Origin: an uncultured Bacteroidota bacterium
GTDB taxonomy: Bacteria; Bacteroidota; Ignavibacteria; Kryptoniales; Kryptoniaceae
DNA length: 32,000 nucleotides
Reading direction: 5' to 3'
NCBI GenBank assembly: GCA_964438815.1
Contig: CAYTKW010000007.1
Coordinates: 19,025 to 51,024 of the forward strand
A program made the position numbers and the translations under genes. Below, piece after piece: positions 25,638 through 32,000 of the stretch; position 1 is the first letter of the stretch, and the number at the start of each line of letters is the position of its first letter. Under the pieces are notes generated by a model, which worked only from the letters and a program-made list of their open reading frames with translations, searched no databases and was not told the origin of the DNA.

Positions 25638-25662
25638 GACGATTGGATTTTATCTAAGTTCC
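25638..25662 (-). promoter_or_regulatory. Candidate ECF-sigma-dependent (autoregulatory) promoter GGAAC-N16-CGTC
   Basis: The minus strand reads GGGAACTTAGATAAAATCCAATCGTCATAATTTCAGAAATATG. GGAAC lies at 25662-25658, followed by a 16-nt spacer and CGTC at 25641-25638. The sigma-gene ATG follows 14 nt later, which implies a very short leader. Confidence 0.4.
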
Positions 25663-26925
25663 CTAAAATTCATCTGTTTGTTCTCTCCATATTTGTGCCC
25701 CAAGGCGTTGGAGTTTTAGCTCTATTCTTTCGTATCCTCTATCAATGTGGTAAATTCTCAATACCTCGGTTTTTCCTTCAGCAACAAGCCCTGCAAGTAT
25801 CAGGGACGCACTCGCTCTCAGGTCAGTTGACATAACCTTTGCACCTTTAAGTTTTTTCACACCGCGAACAACAGCGACATTTTCGTTAACTTCAATATCA
25901 GCACCAAGTCGCACAAGTTCAGGGACATGTTTAAACCTGTCGTAAAAAATTGTCTCGGTTATAACTGATGTTCCTTTTGCGATTGACATAAGTGCAATCC
26001 ATTGCGCTTGCATATCCGTTGGAAAGCCTGGGTAAACTGCAGTTATGACATCTACAGGTTTAATTTCATCTGGAGCTTCAATTTCCACGAAATCTTCTCC
26101 AACATTTAGATGACAACCTGCGTCTTCAAGTTTAAGAAGCACAGCTTCAAAATGTAAAGGGTTGCATTTTTCAACTCGGATTTTTCCGCCAGTTATAGCT
26201 CCTGCTACGAGAAATGTTCCTGCTTCAATTCTGTCTGGGATTGTCACAATATCGGCTGGGTATAATTCTTCAACGCCTTCAATTTCAATTTTATCCGTTC
26301 CAAGTCCATTGATTTTTGCTCCCATTGATATTAAAAACTCCCCAAGTTGGACAATTTCTGGCTCTTTTGCTGCGTTTTCAATCAATGTCGTTCCTCTGGC
26401 GAGGGCAGAAGCCATCATTATGTTTCCCGTTGCTCCGACGCTTGGTTTGTCAAGGTGAATTTTTGTCCCATACAATTTTTTTGCTTTTGCAATGATATAG
26501 CCAGCGTCAAGCTCAACTTCAGCGCCGAGTTTTTTTATGCCTTCAATATGCAGGTCAACAGGTCTTGGACCCCAAGCACATCCGCCCGGTAGGGAAACAC
26601 GCGCATAGCCGAATCTTCCGACAAGCGGACCAAGGACATAGATAGAAGCTCTCATCTTTTTTACAAGTTCGTATGGAGCTTCATACTTTGAAATGTTTTC
26701 TGTGTTAATGGTTAAGGTGTGGTTTTCAAATTTGACATCAACTCCCATTGCAGTTAAAACTTGGCTCATCGTCTTAACATCTCTAAGGTCGGGGGCGTTA
26801 TAGATTTTGTAAGTTCCGCTCGCAAGGATTGTAGCTGGCATCAAGGCAAGGACAGAGTTTTTAGCTCCGCTTATTTCAACGCTTCCGGAGAGTTTTTTCC
26901 CTCCAATTATGACAAATTTTTCCAT
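25663..26925 (-). CDS. murA: UDP-N-acetylglucosamine 1-carboxyvinyltransferase
   Basis: 420 aa. Motifs ISGAKNSVLALMPATILA, the active-site Cys loop LPGGCAWGPRPVDLH, and DLRASASLILAGLVAEG. Confidence 0.97.
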   Translation of the reverse strand: MEKFVIIGGKKLSGSVEISGAKNSVLALMPATILASGTYKIYNAPDLRDVKTMSQVLTAMGVDVKFENHTLTINTENISKYEAPYELVKKMRASIYVLGPLVGRFGYARVSLPGGCAWGPRPVDLHIEGIKKLGAEVELDAGYIIAKAKKLYGTKIHLDKPSVGATGNIMMASALARGTTLIENAAKEPEIVQLGEFLISMGAKINGLGTDKIEIEGVEELYPADIVTIPDRIEAGTFLVAGAITGGKIRVEKCNPLHFEAVLLKLEDAGCHLNVGEDFVEIEAPDEIKPVDVITAVYPGFPTDMQAQWIALMSIAKGTSVITETIFYDRFKHVPELVRLGADIEVNENVAVVRGVKKLKGAKVMSTDLRASASLILAGLVAEGKTEVLRIYHIDRGYERIELKLQRLGAQIWREQTDEF

Positions 26926-27057
26926 TTTTAAACCTTCTTGTTTTTAGTTTAATCAAAATTCCAAAATTAAACTCAAAAAACAAAATTTTGCAATACTTCA
27001 CTTTTTTAGTAATTTTAAATGTGTAAAGGGTATTTAGAAACAAAATCCCGAAAGTAA

Positions 27058-29778
27058 ATGAATTTTGAAGATAGATTTTTTGAAAAAATTAAGTCGGATA
27101 TAGAAGAAAAAATTTTACCATTCGTTGAGAAGCCAGGAAGATATATTGGTAATGAGTTTAACATAATCGTAAAACCAGACGCAAGAATTCGGATTGCGCT
27201 TTGTTTTCCCGATATTTATGAGATTGGTATGTCTTATATAGGTTTTAAAATTTTATACAACATCGTAAATAAAATTGAGTGGGCAAGCGCCGAAAGAGTT
27301 TACGCTCCATGGGTTGATGCCGAAGAAATAATGCGTAAAGAAAACATACCGCTTTTTTCACTTGAGACTAAAAGACCGCTGAAATTTTTTGATGTCGTTG
27401 GTTTTACATTTCAATATGAACTTCACTATACCAATGTTTTGAATATACTTGAGCTTGGTGGCATTCCTGTTTTCTCTAAAGATAGAACTGAGTCTGACCC
27501 AATTGTGATAGCTGGTGGTCCTGTTGCTTGTAATCCTGAGCCGATGTCTGCTTTCGTTGACGCATTTTTGCTTGGGGATGGTGAAACATTGCTTCCAAGA
27601 TTTCTTGAACTTGTATACAAAATGAAAAAAGATGGTGCTAAAAGGGATGAAATTTTGTTAACAGCTGGGAAAACTTTACAAGGTGTTTATGTTCCGAAGT
27701 TTTATGAACCTATTTATGAGGATGGCAAGTATAAAGGTATAAAAAAATTACACGATGAATTACCACTCCCAATTAAAAGAAATGTCATCGCTGAGCTTAA
27801 ACCTGAGTATTATCCTGATAAACCAGTTGTACCGCTGATAGAAGTTATTCACGATAGGTTTCAGCTTGAGATAATGCGTGGATGCACTCAAGGTTGTAGA
27901 TTTTGCAACGCTGGGATGATTTATAGACCTGTTCGCGAAAGATCGGTAGATGACTTAATAAATGAAACGAGGCGTGTTATTGAAAACACTGGCTATGAGG
28001 AGATGTCTCTTGTTTCACTTTCAACTTCTGATTATTCTCTTTTGCCCGAGCTTATGAGCAAGAACTACGAGCTTGTCAGGGAGAAGCGGGTGATACCAAG
28101 CTTTCCATCTCTTAGACCTCAAACTTATAATGAAGGTATTGCGAAATTTGTTCGTGAAGGTGGGACAAGTGGTTTAACATTTGCACCTGAGGCTGGGACT
28201 GAAAGGTTAAGAAGAGTTATAAACAAGCAAAGCTCCGAGGAAGATTTCTATCGTGCTGTTGAAATAGCGATTGATTATGGTTGGAGGTTTGTCAAGCTTT
28301 ATTTTATGATGGGGCTTCCGACGGAAACTTACGAGGACCTTGATGGGATTTTGAGGATCGCTGAAAATGTTGTAAATATCGCTTGTCGCAAAAAAGTTTA
28401 CAATATGGAAGTTCATGTCTCCGTATCTCCATTTTCCCCAAAAGCTCACACACCATTTCAATGGGAAAGACAAAATTCCATTGAAGAACTCCTTGATAAA
28501 ACAAAATACCTGAAATCAAAGAACAAATGCAAAAATATCAGGCTTGACATTCGTGACCCAAGAGTGACAACGCTTGAGACGATACTTGGTCGTGGTGATA
28601 GAAGGATTTCAAATGTAATATATTCAGCGTGGAGAAAAGGTGCAAAGTTTGACGCATGGACGGATAAAATGAGATTTGACATATGGATGGAAGCTATGGA
28701 TGAGAATGGGTTGAAAGTTGAAGATTATACGCGTGAATTTGGAAAAGATGAAATTTTCCCGTGGGACCACATATTTATGGGTGTGCTTAAAAAATTTTTG
28801 TGGAGAGATAGGCAAAAAGCGTATCAAGAGGCAATGATACCTGATTGTAGACCCGAAGATATATGCCATGCTTGTGGTGCTTGTGATTTCAAAACGATCA
28901 AAATGCTTATAAGAAGTCAAATTGACAAGAAAGTTGAATCAGATTTTGTGAGTGAAGTAATTAACACAGGAGAAGATTCAATATGGGTTGATAAATCAGA
29001 TGCGATGAAAAATCCAAAGCCGTTGAAAACTTACTCATACAGAATGAAATACACTAAAGAGGGATATTTGAGGTTCATATCTCACCTTGATGTTGTAAGG
29101 TTATTCAACAGAGTTTTTAGAAAGTCGGGTTTAAAGGTTGCTTACACGCAAGGTTTTCATCCGCTTCCGAAGTTTTCTTTCTCTCCACCGCTACAAATTG
29201 GATACACAAGCATTTGTGAATATCTTGATTTTGAGCTTTTTGAGGACCTTGAACCAGAAGAAATTAAAAATCTCTTGCTCCCAAATCTTCCAGACGGTAT
29301 GAGGATAATTGACATAAAGAAAATTGAGAAACAAAGGAAATCTCTTGATAGCCGGATAAATCTTTTTGAGTATAAAGTTTATTGGACATCTGACGATTTA
29401 AGGGATAAAATTTTTGCATTTCTTGCGAATGAAGAGATTTTGGTTCAAAAGTCTAAATCAAATGGAAAAGCGAAAATTATAAATCTTCGCAAGTATGTTG
29501 ATGAAATTGTTTTTGAGTCTGATGGTTTCAGATTAAGGATAAAACGTGACGATAATGGGGTAATGCCAAAGGTTGAACAGGTTATTGAAAGTATCATGGG
29601 TTTAAGTGGTAGCGAAATTAAGAAAATTAGAGTAGAAAGGACGGGACAGTTTATTTGTAAAGATGGTCTTTTAATTGACCCAATTGAGATAAACCAGAAA
29701 AACAAAGAGAGGGTTTTTTATGGTGAAGGAGATTTATATCAGCACAAAGGGCAAGGAGACTCGTATAGCAGTTCTTGA
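27058..29778 (+). CDS. Fusion of a B12-binding-domain radical SAM protein (TIGR03960-like) with a radical-SAM-associated DUF2344 (TIGR03936-like) domain
   Basis: 906 aa. N-terminus VEKPGRYIGNEFN. Canonical cluster motif MRGCTQGCRFCNAGMIY. The C-terminal ~250 aa carry YLRFISHLDVVRLFNRVFRKSGLKVAYTQGFHPLPKFSFSPPL. Confidence 0.85.
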   Translation: MNFEDRFFEKIKSDIEEKILPFVEKPGRYIGNEFNIIVKPDARIRIALCFPDIYEIGMSYIGFKILYNIVNKIEWASAERVYAPWVDAEEIMRKENIPLFSLETKRPLKFFDVVGFTFQYELHYTNVLNILELGGIPVFSKDRTESDPIVIAGGPVACNPEPMSAFVDAFLLGDGETLLPRFLELVYKMKKDGAKRDEILLTAGKTLQGVYVPKFYEPIYEDGKYKGIKKLHDELPLPIKRNVIAELKPEYYPDKPVVPLIEVIHDRFQLEIMRGCTQGCRFCNAGMIYRPVRERSVDDLINETRRVIENTGYEEMSLVSLSTSDYSLLPELMSKNYELVREKRVIPSFPSLRPQTYNEGIAKFVREGGTSGLTFAPEAGTERLRRVINKQSSEEDFYRAVEIAIDYGWRFVKLYFMMGLPTETYEDLDGILRIAENVVNIACRKKVYNMEVHVSVSPFSPKAHTPFQWERQNSIEELLDKTKYLKSKNKCKNIRLDIRDPRVTTLETILGRGDRRISNVIYSAWRKGAKFDAWTDKMRFDIWMEAMDENGLKVEDYTREFGKDEIFPWDHIFMGVLKKFLWRDRQKAYQEAMIPDCRPEDICHACGACDFKTIKMLIRSQIDKKVESDFVSEVINTGEDSIWVDKSDAMKNPKPLKTYSYRMKYTKEGYLRFISHLDVVRLFNRVFRKSGLKVAYTQGFHPLPKFSFSPPLQIGYTSICEYLDFELFEDLEPEEIKNLLLPNLPDGMRIIDIKKIEKQRKSLDSRINLFEYKVYWTSDDLRDKIFAFLANEEILVQKSKSNGKAKIINLRKYVDEIVFESDGFRLRIKRDDNGVMPKVEQVIESIMGLSGSEIKKIRVERTGQFICKDGLLIDPIEINQKNKERVFYGEGDLYQHKGQGDSYSSS

Positions 29779-31369
29779 AGATGGTCAACTCGCTGAGTTG
29801 TTCTTTGAAAGCCCGGAACAAGAGAGAATGGTTGGGGATATTTATTTGGGCGAGGTTGCAAGAGTTTTACCTGGGATTAAAGCTGCATTTATAAACATTG
29901 GACATAAGCAAGACGCATTTCTTCATTTTGCTGACATTGACCAAGCTTCAATTGAGGAATATGCTGATTTGCTTGGGGATGATACAAGCGTTGATGAAAT
30001 TTCAGAGGCGGGCGTTGAAGAGAGCACACAAGAGTTGAAATCCCTTCAGCCAATTACAACATCTCAGACATCAAGCGCTGTTGAAACTTATGCACCGCGA
30101 AGGTCTCATCTTTTGAGAAAAGGTCAACCTATACTTGTTCAAGTTATTAAAGAACCACTTGGACGGAAAGGGGCTCGGGTCACGACAAGGATAACTTTGC
30201 CTGGTAGGTTTCTTGTTTTGATGCCATTTATGGAAAATAAAATTGGGATATCACGCAAAATTCAGAATCCGAAAGAAAGAAGAAGGTTGAGGAACATAAT
30301 TAAGGCTTTGCTTCCAAGTGGTTATGGTGTAATAGTTAGAACAGCAGCTGAAGGTAAAGACCCGAGAACTTTGCGTGGCGAGCTTGAGCAGTTAATAGCG
30401 GTGTGGGAAAAAATTGAAAAAACTATAACTAATGAGAAACCACCAGCTTTACTTTACAAGGACCTAAGCGTCACTTCAAGCGTGATGCGTGACCTTTTGA
30501 CGAAAGATGTTGAAAAGGTTGTGGTTGATTCAAAATCTCTCTTTCGTGAGGTCGTAGCCTATGCAAGGTGGGCAGCTCCGGATTTAGTTGATAAAATTGA
30601 GCTTGATGAGACAAAAGACATTTTTGAAAAGTATGGGATAAATAGAGAAATTGAAAATTCACTTGCAAGAAAAATTTATCTTCGCGGTGGCGCTTATATT
30701 TTAATTGAGCAAACGGAGGCGATGACGGTTATTGATGTCAATACAGGTAGATATGCACCGAGGCAAAATCAAGAGCAGGTATCTTTAAGGATAAACCTTG
30801 ATGCAGCGAAAGAGATAGTGAGACAGTTGAGGTTGAGAGATATTGGTGGATTGATTGTGGTTGATTTCATTGATATGGAAGATGAGAGGAGCAGAAAGAG
30901 ACTTTTTGATGAACTTCGTAAAGAATTTAAGAAGGACAGGGCGAAGGTGACTGTCTTGCCGATGACTGAATTTGGGCTTATTCAGGTAACAAGGCAGAGG
31001 GTGAGACCGAGTGTTTTTGAGAAGTTTAGCGAACCGTGCCCGACATGTGCTGGAACTGGGACGATTTTCCTTAGAAATTTGATTTTTAGAAGAATTGAAA
31101 GATGGTTTTCAAAATTTAGAGCTATTTCGTCCGAGAGGAATTTAATTTTGAAATTACATCCAACCATTGCAAATTATGTTAAGTCAAGTTTGGCGGGCAG
31201 ATTGAAAGTTTTGAAACTTATTCTTAAACATTTTGTGAAAATTAAAATTGAGCCAGACCCGACTTTGTCGGTTGAAGAATTTAAAGTGATTTCAAACAAA
31301 ACTGGAAAAGAGTTAACTGAGCCAGGCATGGCACAAATGTCCGTTGTAAAAGAAAATCAAAATAAATAA
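29720..31369 (+). CDS. rng: Ribonuclease G/E family endoribonuclease (Rne/Rng)
   Basis: 549 aa. N-terminus KEIYISTKGKETRIAVLEDGQLAELFFE. S1 domain GDIYLGEVARVLPGIKAAFINIG. VQVIKEPLGRKGARVTTRITLPGRFLVLMP. DNase-I-like and Zn-link regions TVIDVNTG, GGLIVVDFIDM and CPTCAGTG. The start overlaps the upstream gene by 59 nt. Confidence 0.93.
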   Translation: MVKEIYISTKGKETRIAVLEDGQLAELFFESPEQERMVGDIYLGEVARVLPGIKAAFINIGHKQDAFLHFADIDQASIEEYADLLGDDTSVDEISEAGVEESTQELKSLQPITTSQTSSAVETYAPRRSHLLRKGQPILVQVIKEPLGRKGARVTTRITLPGRFLVLMPFMENKIGISRKIQNPKERRRLRNIIKALLPSGYGVIVRTAAEGKDPRTLRGELEQLIAVWEKIEKTITNEKPPALLYKDLSVTSSVMRDLLTKDVEKVVVDSKSLFREVVAYARWAAPDLVDKIELDETKDIFEKYGINREIENSLARKIYLRGGAYILIEQTEAMTVIDVNTGRYAPRQNQEQVSLRINLDAAKEIVRQLRLRDIGGLIVVDFIDMEDERSRKRLFDELRKEFKKDRAKVTVLPMTEFGLIQVTRQRVRPSVFEKFSEPCPTCAGTGTIFLRNLIFRRIERWFSKFRAISSERNLILKLHPTIANYVKSSLAGRLKVLKLILKHFVKIKIEPDPTLSVEEFKVISNKTGKELTEPGMAQMSVVKENQNK

Positions 31370-31381
31370 GGAGCAATAAAG

Positions 31382-32000
31382 ATGAAAATTTTTCTTGACA
31401 CAGCAAATGTTGAAGAAATAAGGGAAGCCGCAAGTTGGGGAATTCTTGACGGGGTTACGACAAATCCAAGTCTTGTCGCAAAAGAGAAAAGAGATTTTAA
31501 AGGGCTTTTGCAAGAGATATGTTCTATCGTTGATGGTGATGTAAGCGCTGAGGTTATTTCAACTGATTTTGAAGGAATGGTAAAAGAGGCAAGGGAACTG
31601 GTTAAAATTGCGGATAATATAGTTGTGAAGATACCATTGATCAAAGATGGATTAAAAGCTGTTAAGTTTTTAAAAGCCGAAGGGATCAGGGCAAATGTGA
31701 CGCTTTGTTTCTCTCCTGCGCAAGCGATTCTCGCAGCAAAAGCCGGTGCTTATTACATCAGCCCATTTATTGGAAGGCTTGATGATATATCAAGTGATGG
31801 GATGAATCTCGTAAGGCAAATTGTGCAGATATACAGAAACTATAATTTTGAGACAAAAGTTTTAGTTGCAAGTGTCAGGCATCCGATGCATGTTGTTGAA
31901 GCTGGTTTAATAGGTGCTGATGTTGTGACGATGCCGTTTAAAGTTCTTGAGCAGTTGATAAAGCATCCACTTACTGACATAGGTCTTGAGAGATTTTTAA
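31382..32000 (+). CDS. tal: Transaldolase, short (fructose-6-phosphate aldolase-like) type, 3'-truncated by the window edge
   Basis: Absent from the ORF track because it has no stop in the window. ATG 31382 is preceded by AAGGAG. Reads [32 protein letters not shown]...[31 protein letters not shown]...[10 protein letters not shown] (Schiff-base Lys context KIP). Confidence 0.93.
   Translation, partial: MKIFLDTANVEEIREAASWGILDGVTTNPSLVAKEKRDFKGLLQEICSIVDGDVSAEVISTDFEGMVKEARELVKIADNIVVKIPLIKDGLKAVKFLKAEGIRANVTLCFSPAQAILAAKAGAYYISPFIGRLDDISSDGMNLVRQIVQIYRNYNFETKVLVASVRHPMHVVEAGLIGADVVTMPFKVLEQLIKHPLTDIGLERFL

Noticed and set aside
29720-29778. The 59-nt overlap between the radical-SAM fusion gene and RNase G, considered as a frameshift or sequencing error or a mis-called start.
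   Set aside because: The RNase N-terminus from ATG 29720 (MVKEIYIS.KGKETRIAVLEDG) matches the usual family start. The upstream ORF simply runs on into a non-conserved tail (…VFYGEGDLYQHKGQGDSYSSS). A genuine overlap is the simplest reading, though read-level data cannot be checked here.
1097-31644. About 35 short ORFs (61-121 aa) in the track that lie antisense to, or out of frame within, larger genes. Examples: 1097-1291, 5531-5779, 8301-8666, 17650-17988, 23474-23729, 26162-26592, 28207-28920, 31313-31644.
   Set aside because: Each is fully embedded in a longer ORF with clear family motifs. Their translations are low-complexity or Cys/Ser/Leu/Phe-rich, as expected for the antisense of AT-rich coding DNA. 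None has an RBS.
1-32000. Window-wide look for CRISPR arrays, tRNA/rRNA genes, transposases, integrases, phage genes or terminal inverted repeats of mobile elements.
   Set aside because: There are no regularly spaced repeats, no GC-rich cloverleaf-sized islands in the intergenic regions, and no ORF with recombinase or transposase motifs. The only tandem repeat is the 15-bp duplication reported above.

Overview
This is an AT-rich, gene-dense chromosomal segment. It comes from a diderm bacterium (outer-membrane beta-barrel genes are present) that uses Shine-Dalgarno sites. I support about 27 protein genes. I saw no rRNA, tRNA, CRISPR array, transposase, integrase or recognisable defence island.

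Gene order:
- 3' part of an EF-G paralogue
- GT4 + GT2 glycosyltransferase pair
- an unusually long (~620 bp) non-coding gap with decayed small ORFs
- sdhCDAB
- a DUF971 gene, divergent from a radical-SAM gene with non-canonical Cys spacing plus a DASS anion symporter
- a quinol-type nitric-oxide reductase (qNOR)
- divergent from qNOR, an ApbE flavin transferase coupled to an outer-membrane porin, then a strong terminator, then a secreted FMN-acceptor protein coupled to an internally duplicated 8-TM protein
- nadE
- a WbpB-like/WbpD-like fusion
- an over-long SppA
- queF
- an ECF sigma / anti-sigma / LTXXQ / orphan membrane-fusion-adaptor operon
- murA
- a fused B12-type radical SAM/DUF2344 protein overlapping RNase G
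- 5' part of a transaldolase

Most of the window is ordinary housekeeping and respiration. The best candidate for an undescribed system is the ApbE / porin / FMN-acceptor / 8-TM quartet next to qNOR (13.3-17.5 kb). It has the hallmarks of extracytoplasmic flavinylation but none of the known partner complexes. All functional calls rest on motif recognition by eye. No database search was run.
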